Shown one piece after another: positions 13,737 through 24,431 of a stretch of 64,000 nucleotides of DNA (position 1 is the stretch's first letter; each line of letters opens with the position of its first letter). The position numbers and the translations under genes were made by a program. The notes under the pieces are model-generated. The model did no database searches, was not told where the DNA came from, and saw nothing but the letters and a program-made list of their open reading frames with translations. The stretch is from Amoebidium appalachense (Eukaryota > Protista > Ichthyosporea), in the NCBI GenBank assembly GCA_963693365.1, contig CAVNZM010000005.1, positions 124,001 through 188,000 of the forward strand, in the 5' to 3' direction.

Positions 13737-13823
<87 letters not shown>

Positions 13824-15036
13824 CCACCCACCCACCCATCCGTTTCGTTCCGAGCGCACATTCCCCTTTCGGCTTCTCAAGATCTCTGAACTCTTCACGT
13901 ACCACGCACCCTTACACACACAAGACACACCGGTGTATACAACACTGCAGGCAATTGCACAGCACACACACATAATACCCAGAGCCAGTGTGGCCTAGCC
14001 AGAGTCGGTGCACGTGTGTGCAGCACTGAGTGGTTGGTATCAAACCTACTACGCCGCTTGGCAGTGTTGTTGTGGAGTCACCTGTGGCGTGAGTGCCACG
14101 ATGTCAAGTTGAGGGGGTGCCTGTAGTCTTTCTGGTGGTTGTCTTGGTGGTGGTGGTGTAAGCGTGTGGTTGTATGTGTGTCGTTGTGTGTGTGCGTGTG
14201 TGTACGTGGTGGTGGTAGAAATGCGCAAGAGTGTATGTGTGCGTATCTGTAGTGGTGGTGGGATGGTGTGTGTGTGGTGGTGGTGATGGATGTATGGGAG
14301 TGTGTGTGTGTGTTTGTCTTGAAGTGGTCGTGATGGTGATGTTTGAAGTGTGTGTGTGTGTGTGTGTGTGTTGTGGTGGGGGTGGTGGTCTGTGCAAGTC
14401 AAATTGGGGGGGGGGGGGATGCAGGCCACCAATCAGCCGACCTCAATCGATACATCACTGCCGTCCCTCGATCCCCCCTCCGATGACGACGAACTGCCGT
14501 CGTTCCCCTCGTCGTGTGCCTGCCCCCGTGGCTCCACCCCCCAGTCAAGAAAGTGAAAGTTTTTGGCGTTGTGGATGAGCAAGTAATTTGCAAGAGACTG
14601 GGCAGTGATTCAAATAAAGCACCACTGTTTTTGGAGATCAGTTTTGATTCAATATCGGACCTTTGCAGGACCCGTTCATACCGTTTAATTATAAATTGCT
14701 TTTGCGACATTCCAAACACGTATATAACGCATTCGTGTGTCCCCTACACGCCTGTCTTGGGCCGTGCGGCCCACGCAGACTCTGGTGTGAAGTATCATTC
14801 TATAAACCACAAAAAACCACCATCAAAGCCCAAGACACAGGACACGCAGAGGGTTACAAACATATACGGACAGCACAGCAAATAGATGCCATCCATCGCT
14901 TACTACAAAACATGCTGCCTGCAGCACTATTCGTCCTTTCAATCTAAAGGATTATGCGTCTCAAAATCACAGTAATTACTACTTCATCGGTTCCCTACTA
15001 ACGTGGTCCAGCCACCAGCGGGATTCAACAAATTTT

Positions 15037-16473
15037 TCAAAAGTCGGACAGAAGAGTCGGGGTGAGAGCCAGGCCGTTCAGGGCCTTGCTCACCACTGCA
15101 CAGTTGGCGTATTCAGTGTTGATGTAGTACGAGCGTGCCAGCTGCATGCCGTTGAACGTGGTGGCAGCAGCCTTGGTGTAGGCACCCATGTCCTCGAACA
15201 GGAGCCAGTCACCCACATCAAGCTCGGGCAGGCGGGCGTCCTTGGTGATGCAGTCCATGCTGTCACACGTGGGTCCCCAGATGGACGCCTCAAACTCTTC
15301 CTCCGTCTGGTTGTCACGTGTGTACATGGGCGCCTTGACCATGTTCTGGCCCCGTGGATGACGATAGAAGGTCTGCGCATGGGGGAGAGCATGGTCGTAC
15401 AGCACACAGTTGAATGCACCGTACACGCCATCACTCACATAGTACATGAAGCGGGGCTTGGCCAGTGAAATATCGTCCTCGGAGGCAGGGCTAATGGTCT
15501 CCTCCTCACCCTCGGAGTCAATAGACTCGACATCAGACGACGCCGTTTCAACACCGGAGTCGGTGTTGTCCATGAAGCCCACCGTGGTCTTGCTAGGGGC
15601 AACGGTGCGCTTGGCAATGATGTTGGTGGCCATTTTGTGGCACGCACTGGCAAAGTAGCGTCCAGGCTCGGCAATCATGCGCACACCACAGCCAGGGGGG
15701 AAGTGGATAGCAAGTGCCTCGCGCAGAACACCGGCAATTTCCGGGAAGGAAATGGCAGCATCGTCGGTGCCGGGGAACCCACCGCCAAGGTCGAGGAAGT
15801 CAAACTTGAAACCGATCTCAGCACCTATGTTAAAGGCACTGCGAGCACGGAAAACGGCATCACGGAAAGCCTCCGAGCTGTAGCAGCCGCTGCCGCAGTG
15901 GAAAGACACGCCGATGACGTTGAGGCCCAGAGAGTGGGCCGTGTGCAGGAGAGGGGCCACACGGTCGGGCTTGGCACCGAACTTGGTGCCCAGGGCACAG
16001 ACGGAGTGAGAGTCGTCAGTAAGAATGCGCAGAACGAGCTTGGCATTGGGGAGGAACTGGGCAATCTTGTAAAGCTCGGCCTCGTTGTCGAATGTGACCA
16101 TCCTGACCCCGACCTCGCTAGCATAGCGCAGGTAGGGAATGGCCTTGCACGGGTTGGCATAGATAATGTCATCCGCCTTCACCCCCATACCCATCATGGT
16201 AACAATCTCTGCCTTGCTGGCACAGTCAAACCCACACCCAAGGGCTGCAAGGGTGCGGAGGATGGCGGGATCGCTGTTACATTTCACAGCGTAGAAGGCC
16301 TCGACACCGGGGAGCAGTGCCTGCCAGCGCTGGTGCTGGCGCACGACCTCTCCAAGGTCGACCATATACAGGGCATCGCTAGCATAGGTGTCCTCGAGCA
16401 CCTTCTCCATCAGGAGCTTGCGGGAAACCTCGTGAGCCTGGGCGGCATTTTCGATAGCTACAGACACAACCAT
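15037..16473 (-). CDS. ODC1: Ornithine decarboxylase (fold-type III PLP enzyme), intronless
   Basis: FYAVKCN (PLP lysine), GFDCAS, IYANPCK, TFDNEAEL, KFGA, GVSFHCGSG, DLGGGFPG, AEPGRYF, DGVYGAFNC, WGPTCDSMD (catalytic Cys), MGAYT, TFNG. First ATG at 16473; the track start 16476 is GTG. Confidence 0.97.
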   Translation of the reverse strand: MVVSVAIENAAQAHEVSRKLLMEKVLEDTYASDALYMVDLGEVVRQHQRWQALLPGVEAFYAVKCNSDPAILRTLAALGCGFDCASKAEIVTMMGMGVKADDIIYANPCKAIPYLRYASEVGVRMVTFDNEAELYKIAQFLPNAKLVLRILTDDSHSVCALGTKFGAKPDRVAPLLHTAHSLGLNVIGVSFHCGSGCYSSEAFRDAVFRARSAFNIGAEIGFKFDFLDLGGGFPGTDDAAISFPEIAGVLREALAIHFPPGCGVRMIAEPGRYFASACHKMATNIIAKRTVAPSKTTVGFMDNTDSGVETASSDVESIDSEGEEETISPASEDDISLAKPRFMYYVSDGVYGAFNCVLYDHALPHAQTFYRHPRGQNMVKAPMYTRDNQTEEEFEASIWGPTCDSMDCITKDARLPELDVGDWLLFEDMGAYTKAAATTFNGMQLARSYYINTEYANCAVVSKALNGLALTPTLLSDF

Positions 16474-16551
16474 CACGGCGACAGTATTAGTTTTCTGACG
16501 CTGGAGCGACTAAGTAGGATTGAACTAACGATGCAGTAGAGCAAACGTGGT

Positions 16552-16590
16552 ACAATGGATGTGTCTGGGCTCAGATCGCCTTTTTATACC
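16552..16590 (-). promoter_or_regulatory. TATA box and initiator-like element of ODC
   Basis: Minus strand ggTATAAAAAgg (16588-16581) and TCCATTG ~30 nt downstream (16559-16553). Confidence 0.7.
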
Positions 16591-17499
16591 AAGGGGTTGG
16601 CTAACCCTCGTGGTGAAGGCATGGAAATGTTGCACCGTGATACAACGCTTTGTATCTTCAACAAGTGTCAGTACAAAGATTTTTGGACCAATCATCTCTG
16701 CTTAATAAACCCACAGCTGTTTGGGTTTTTGCCGATGAAGAAACTTGGCTATTGGCTGGTTTGCTGACGAACCCTAATTGCTAAAAATAAGTTGCAACCG
16801 GTTGTGGCACCACTTGTCGGGAGGCTGGATCGACCATAGAACAAACAAGAAAAAATAATGAAGAAAGTAGGGTATGTGTCTTACAAAAATTGTATGATTA
16901 GCCAGCATATGTTCCTGCAAAAGCATTTAGATTATTTGGTACCCAGAATTGAGTGTCAGGCCTGGCCCCAAAGGAAAGCTGTTCCAAGCTTGTTTGGCGA
17001 TCGGAGGGTTTGTAAACATTCACACGTGGGGAAGGGGCAATTATCAGACAAGTTTCCCAAAGGTCGAAAGAATCGGGATGTTATATGTTGTATTTCAAAT
17101 GTTTAGAGAGAAAAAGACCTCTAAAATATTTAATTTATTTATTTTATAAATTTATGCGTTTTTTGGTCTTTCTAGACCCATTAGCTAGCTACAATATGCC
17201 TGCGGTCGCAGCACACAGTAGCAAGGCCAGCTGATACAATGATTTCAGTTTGCCCTCCTTTGGCCTCAAATCTGGGAATGGGATCAAGAATTCAAGATCC
17301 TCTGTGCGAAACCGCTCAAATGGGTTCAGTGGGCTTTGCTTATAATGCTAAAAAGGGGCTTTAATATCCCTATATTTTGGATGGTTATTTATTTTATACA
17401 GTATTGGTACCTTATTTTTTTTATATCATGCAGCCAACTTTGCAGTTTGCACCACAGTGACCACTGACCACACTTGATCCAAGCCTTTCGCTGCTTCGC

Positions 17500-17720
17500 A
17501 TACCACGCGGTGGTCTATCATTACCACCACCGCCAATCAGAACGCGTATCCTTCTCGAAACCGGTTTTTGACCGGTCAACCTAGATGAAAGGAATGCGCC
17601 AATCCGCGCACCCATTGGTTCGCAGTGAATGGATTGTTCCGCCAATCACTGGGCGCCTATCTCCCCGCCCAGGATTGTCACACGCGTGATCGGCGTGACG
17701 CACCATGCGCGCACGCACAT
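17500..17720. promoter_or_regulatory. CpG-rich CCAAT-box cluster (promoter-like)
   Basis: gCCAATc at ~17533, ~17599 and ~17642, ATTGG at ~17614, a ccccgccc GC box and locally dense CpG. Target gene not identified. Confidence 0.5.
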
Positions 17721-20180
17721 GTGTGCTGATCAGGAGGAAGGCTGAAAAAGCTTTAGCCCTGGGGATTGTGCTTGTGCTATGCATACGACTCAACAGGGAG
17801 GGAAGAGCAGGGAGGTGTTGTTGTGGAGCGATAGTGTTAGGACAGCCTTCCACTCTTGTAGATAAAAGTTGCGAAGTTGATACTTGCAGGCCCATCCAAT
17901 TGCATGTTCAACGGAATGATTCTTTCTTTTCACTTCATTTGTGAGAATGGCCTTACCCTAGTAGCCTGTATTATGTTTGAAATGCTCCATATGTGTATAT
18001 TGTGCCATGCAGCTTTCTATCACAGTATTTCAGGGTGTTGGGTTGACACATGACACCTGGTCCATGGCGAATTGCTGTGTTATATCAGAGTCCAAATTGC
18101 CAAGATCTAACCAACCATCATCCATAAGCACGAGGTATCTTCACATTTCCTCTGCAGCTGTGAAAAATTATGCACCTTCTAGGCCAAGCAGCTGCATTTT
18201 GTTCACACACACTCGGATCCTGTGCTCCCTGTTGGGCACAAACCATCCTCGTCACGGCATCATCATTGCTGACTGGTGATGGTGACAGCTTCTATGGTAA
18301 CAACATACCCGCAGCATAACACCTTCCCTCCCCCCTCCCCTCTCCTCCTCTTCCCCTCTCTTTCGCCCCACCTTCTCTCTGTTCTCTTCAGCACCATATC
18401 TATCCTCTGTACATGTAGTGTTGGCTCCGCAGTTGCGGAGATCTATAACCCTACGGACATCTGCACCTTCTTTCACCGTATGGCATTGGTAGGCTATTGA
18501 CGACCAAATAGTATGGAAGCAACAAATCATAACCAGGATCTTCCCTACTCACCTATTGGAATATACTCGATGCTTTCCGAGCTACTAAGACATTTCAAGT
18601 CGTGTGTTTGCCGACTGCCGCAGTATACCCCTGGGTCTGTTGCTTCCTGCAGTGTCTGCCTGTGCCTTGGGAGCTTGAGGTTTTTTTTTTCATTTGCGCT
18701 GTTGCTCAACACCTCCCCGCATTTGTAAATGGCAAAGCATTGTCACATCCTCACCCGTCTAGCCACCCATCCACATAGATATCCACCTACCCCCCTCCTA
18801 CCCCCCCCCCCCCCCCCCCTTCCCGATTCTCTGCCAATCAGGATGCATACTGTGTGGTTTGCGCTATCCATTACAAATGCTGTCCGTCATGAATGTGTAC
18901 TTCGTACTCAGTAGGCTACCACACATCCTAACCTAACTCTCCTCCCCCCTCCCCGCCCCCCACCCCGCTCCCTCCATACACACACACGCACACACACGGG
19001 GCCCATTTTTTATCTCCACCCGGGTTTCGTCCGAGACCGTTGAAAGAAAATTCACACCGACTTGCAAAGGGGTATGTGCATGTGCCTGGGAGGGCAGTTA
19101 AGTTGTGAAATTTTCCTCGGTGGTTTCTTGGGCTTGCATTCACGTGTTTGTATTGTTGTAATCGATGCTGTGGTTGACTTGGTGTCAGGGCGGGCCTGAG
19201 AATCCACTCTGCTTGTGTTGCATGGGTTGCTGTGATATCCTTGCCGCTGTACGCCCACCGTCCCCTCATAATCTCGATGTCTGGCTTGTTTTAAGTTACC
19301 ATGCGTACACACACCGTCACCCGGCTCTGCCTTGCTGATTGTGGATGGTGCTGTTCATAGCTGAACCTTCTTTTCCATCAAGCAGGTGCACGTTCTTATG
19401 TGCACACTCGTTCCCCCCCCCCCCCCCCCCCCCTCTCGTTCTCTTCCTCTTTCCCCCCCCCCCCCCCCCTCCCTCCCCTGCCACCCTCCCCCCCCTCCTC
19501 CCCCCCACCCCCCCCCCCCCCCCCCCCTGCCTCCCTCCCTCCTTCCCCCCACTCCCCTACCCCCTCCACCCTTAGTCACATGCGCACACGTAGACATACC
19601 CACACCGACCCCGGCTCTTCCTTTCCCGATCTTTATTGTTCTGGCCATGGCATCTCTTGGCCCGTCGGCACATTTACACGTACGGCCTATGCCTGTGGCA
19701 TCCCGTCCCATTTTTGTGCCCTTCATACAGCCGCACTATGGGCTGCTTGACTTCACCACTGTGTGGGTCTGCATGAGCCCACCAGACCTGCAGCTGCCAA
19801 TAAACAATCCCGATTAAGACACTCGTGTGCTTCCACTGCCGGGGTGGCTGGTGTGCCCACTGCCAACTTGCCCCCCCCCCCCCCCCCCCCCCCCCTTCTT
19901 CTTTTGGAAGGGTGTTCGGAGGGTTCTGTCCCAACCAAAACAGAGGTCACCTCTAGGATGACGAAGTATGTTAATGGCTTTCTATTTACATCAAATCGGG
20001 GGGGGGGGGGGGGGGGGGGGCACCACTGAACATTAGTACTGAGTGATGGACCATTGATAACACATGTGATTTGCGCAAGTCAGGCGCAACATGTACATAC
20101 AAGCACTGGCACATGAGAGGTTCGACGACCAGCCCAAAGAGACATGCACAATTACACAAACCTTAAACGAACACAACTTT

Positions 20181-20314
20181 AAGGTCGCACAACATGACAC
20201 ACAGACGTGGCGGGTCACACACGCGCACACACACACATTAACAGGCCAAGGTCGCACAACATGACACACAGACGTGGCGGGTCACACACGCGCGCACACA
20301 CACATTAACAGGCC
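20181..20314. repeat. 67-bp direct duplication
   Basis: aaggtcgcacaacatgacacacagacgtggcgggtcacacacgcgc...cattaacaggcc starts at 20181 and 20248. Confidence 0.9.
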
Positions 20315-20795
20315 ATGTGAAGTGAACGTAAGGTTGCACATACATGTTTCCCCGTTGCCTCTCTGACTAACCCTCTCCCTCATGATCAGTATCTCCCTTT
20401 CTCTGTCTTAGGCTACCTGTCTTACTTCTCTCTGTCTCCCCCCCCCCTCCCCGCCCCCAACTAGGCCTTGCCCCCACGTCCACTTTTCTCTCTCTCTGGT
20501 GCCGGTACGTGTTCTGTGGGCCAAAGACACTGGAGGCTTCTCTCGCGCGCTAATGGACATACGTGTGTGCACGCGTCAGGCAGACACAAAGTTTATTTGC
20601 GGCAAGACACAACACCAATTTTGAATGCACAACCACACACAGACGCTCACGTGCAATGTGGCACAGCACACACACTGTCACACACGTGTACGCACACAAT
20701 AACACAAGTGTGGCACGCACACAGCGAGCACCACAACGTGCCCAAATCAAAACTTGGGCTGTCGGAAGGAAGGAAGAATTTGTTTGGTGAGGAAA

Positions 20796-20833
<38 letters not shown>

Positions 20834-21034
20834 GGGCCTGACAGTGTGAGCCTTCGGGCATTGGGAATTTTTCTTTTTCGCCCAATGTTGGACACCCGTG
20901 TGTGCACGCGTCAGGCAGACACTAAGTACACTCGCAGGAAGACTCTCCGAACTTGTACACATACACACGCACACACGTACACACAGATTCTGAAACACAC
21001 ACACGCACACACACACACACAGAAACACACACAA

Positions 21035-21068
<34 letters not shown>

Positions 21069-21086
21069 TCACACAGAAACACACAA

Positions 21087-21120
<34 letters not shown>

Positions 21121-21515
21121 TCACACAGAAACACACAAATACACACACACACACACACACACAGAAACACACACGTACACACATGCACACACACACACAT
21201 ACACACAGAAACACACACGTGCACACCGTGACACACACACACAATGTACACACACACACACACACGCACACACATGTACACACAGAACAACATACACACA
21301 GTGCCGTGCACACACGAACACAGCGACCACCACAGGTTTGCCCCAATCAAAATTTGGGGCATTCGGAGGCAAGGGGGCATTCGGAAGGCAAGAAAGGATA
21401 TAGTGGGTGAAGATAAGTGGGGGAAAAACGGGGGGGGGGGGGGGGGGGGGGGAGGGGGGAAGGCCTTGGGGGGGGGAGGGGGGACCTGATTAGCCTAGCG
21501 GGAGTAAAAAAATTC

Positions 21516-21562
<47 letters not shown>

Positions 21563-21994
21563 AGGGACGGGATCATGCAACTATGAGTCATCGTGTGGGA
21601 GTAGAGGCCAGCAAGATCGGATACGGCACTGGCAGTGGCTTGGCATGATATGGGCCAGGCTTACGTACGCGTCACTGTTAAACTCAGGGGGGACAATACG
21701 ACGGAATAGGGTTCAAAGGTCACAGTGCATCAGTGCCAATCTATAAAGAGATCATCTCAGCATGTACAACCTGTGACTGAATGATATCATCACACCCGTG
21801 CCTCATAACCAACCTGTCGAAGAAAAATCACCCAAATTAGAGCCCGTGTTTGCCATGGCATTTCGTAACCCCTCCCCCCCCCCCCCCCTCCTCCGGCCCC
21901 TCCGCCAAACACACATGTACACACCGAAAAAAAAAAAAAAGAGGCTTGGGGGAGGGGGGGGGGGGGGGGGGAGGGGGGGGAGGGGGGGGGGGGG

Positions 21995-22027
<33 letters not shown>

Positions 22028-22158
22028 AGGGAGGGAGAGGGAGAGGGAGAGGGAGAGGGAGAGGGAGAGGGAGAGGGAGAGGGAGAGAGGGAGAGGGAGA
22101 GGGAGAGGGAGAGGGAGAGGGAGAGGAAGAGAAAGGGAAAGGCGGTATTCATCTCAAG

Positions 22159-22475
22159 AGCAGTTTTATTCTGCAAGCGGAATCATTCTGCAAAAACCAG
22201 AACTATTTAGATCTGCAAAAGCAATATTCTGCTTTGAGCAGAATCACTCTGCTTTGAGCAGGATGACTCTGCCTTTGGCATTATTCCGCCAATAGCCGAA
22301 TTATTCTGCTTTCGACAGGAGAATAAACTTGTTTTAATTATAAGCAGATTAATACTGCTGTTTGCAGAATAATTCTGCTTTTAGCAGAATAATTCTGCCT
22401 TCTTAGAATAATCAATCATGAATCAGAGTCTGCTTTTTAAATTTGCTGGATAATTCCGAATAATACTGCTTTTTG
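22159..22475. repeat. Degenerate ~20-bp-period array of the palindrome GCAGAAT-N-ATTCTGC
   Basis: Perfect copies at 22364-22378 and 22384-22398; variants at 22238, 22258, ~22159, ~22177, ~22295, ~22344. Confidence 0.85.
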
Positions 22476-23130
22476 CAAGCCAACTCAACCGATGTGGTTG
22501 GGCCCTCCCAGAGCCGTGCTTGCACATCTGCAGTAGGCGGTTATAAAGATATTCGATCTGAGAAACCACCCGGCACGAAGTCGTACACGAGCAGATTTTA
22601 TTCTGGGGGTTTACCCTCCTGGGCCATCCATCTCCTAGCAATTAGATGTCCGATATACCATTCCCCTTTCCCAGCCATTCTAGAACCACCATGCTCCTTG
22701 TCATTTGGGTATATTCCCTCTGCACATATATGCACACGTGTACAGCATGATGGCAGGTGTTACCCAATCGAAATTAGCCAATTATTAGCGCGCCATTTTT
22801 GGCAGGTGGCTAACCATCAGAGGTTTGTTTTGTCCCCTTGCTGGCTCACTTCTTTGGCTGCAGTGCCGCCTGCAGGACTATTATTTCTACAAACTAATAC
22901 AGTAAAAATTATAAGATTTCAGGAAATATGTAGATAACAGCCCAAAAAGCGCTCTTGAGGGATTCCGGTAATAACATCGCTAGCGCTACAAACTCAGCCA
23001 GTCCCAAAAATGCTCGTGTGCACCTCCATGCATAGCACGGCCCTGTACCTGTCACGGCGAGCTGGAGCTAATATCAGTATCGTGGGGTTAGACTGCGCAT
23101 GTGTGGACGTATGCGTAGTGACATCGAGGT

Positions 23131-23545
23131 GTGCACATGGGCAACTGGTATATACCTCTGCACATGTGTGTGCACATGGGCAACTGGTATATATACATCT
23201 GTACATGTGTGTGCACATGGGCAACTGGTATGTATACATCTGTACATGTGTGTGCACATGGGCAACTGGTATATATACATCTGTACATGTGTGTGCACAT
23301 GGGCAACTGGTATATATACATCTGTACACGTGTGTGCACATGGGCAACTGGTATATATACATCTGTACGTGTGTGTGCACATGGGCAACTGGTATATATA
23401 CATCTGTACGTGTGTGTGCACATGGGCAACTGGTATATATACATCTGTACATGTGTGTGCACATGGGCAACTGGTATATATACATCTGTACATGCGTGTG
23501 CACATGGGCAACTGGTATATATACATCTGTACATGTGTGTGCACA
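23131..23545. repeat. 41-bp minisatellite, ~10 near-identical copies
   Basis: Unit gtgcacatgggcaactggtatatatacatctgtacatgtgt. Confidence 0.96.
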
Positions 23546-24042
23546 TGTGTGTCTTTGTGTGTTGGCCTGGGGGGGGGGGATGGGGCATTGGGGGCATAAG
23601 GCTCTGGTTTGGTGTTGGTAAGTGCACATGCATGTGCGCAAGGAAGGCAGGAGCACAAAAGACAACTTGGGGCCACGTGCACTCGCACAAGTATGGGGGA
23701 TGCAGCATGTGTGCACGTGTATGGCAGGGGCCAAGGCCAGCACCAGCTCATAGCCTATCATGCACCAAATGCTACCGGTGGATTCCACACAGTAGTGTGT
23801 CATCTTGAAGCAGTTGTTGCTCCCTGCGTCTACATAGAGGCACGTGTAAACGACGTGTGTGTGTGTGAAGGTTTGTTATTCATATGCAGATTTAATAAAA
23901 ACAACGGACAGGACACAGCTTCGACAACACAGTCACTGGACTGGGTGAGAACACCAGTACTGCAGTGCAACTTGTTCCGCACAACATGGCAATCATCGCT
24001 CAATGCTCAGAGCCTCTACCGACATTATAACCGTTTATGTGC

Positions 24043-24113
<71 letters not shown>

Positions 24114-24431
24114 AGTGGGTGAGTGAGTGAGCGAGTGAATGTGTGTGTGTGTGTCACTATTTGTGTGGTGACGGTGTATGTGTGTGCATATGTGTACCTG
24201 TGTGCGTGCAATTATTTAGCACATGACACTTACAAAAATCTGAAAAAACCAATTGCACGAATAACCATGATACTACACCACCATTATCACATTTTGCTTA
24301 AACCAACTTGGCATAAAATTGCACCATGCCCGCTATGCATGGCGATTCAGGACTCTACATCAATAGGTCACAAGGCGCTAGTGTGTGTGTTGCATGCCTA
24401 CACACGTCCATGCCTAAAATAGCCACGTGTT

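Noticed and set aside
15637-16539. 300-aa plus-strand ORF overlapping ODC
   Set aside because: Antisense shadow of a GC3-rich CDS.
23131-23545. 41-bp repeat array as a CRISPR array or repeat protein (ORFs in all six frames)
   Set aside because: No unique spacers, no cas genes, eukaryotic context; the ORFs arise because the unit lacks stop codons.
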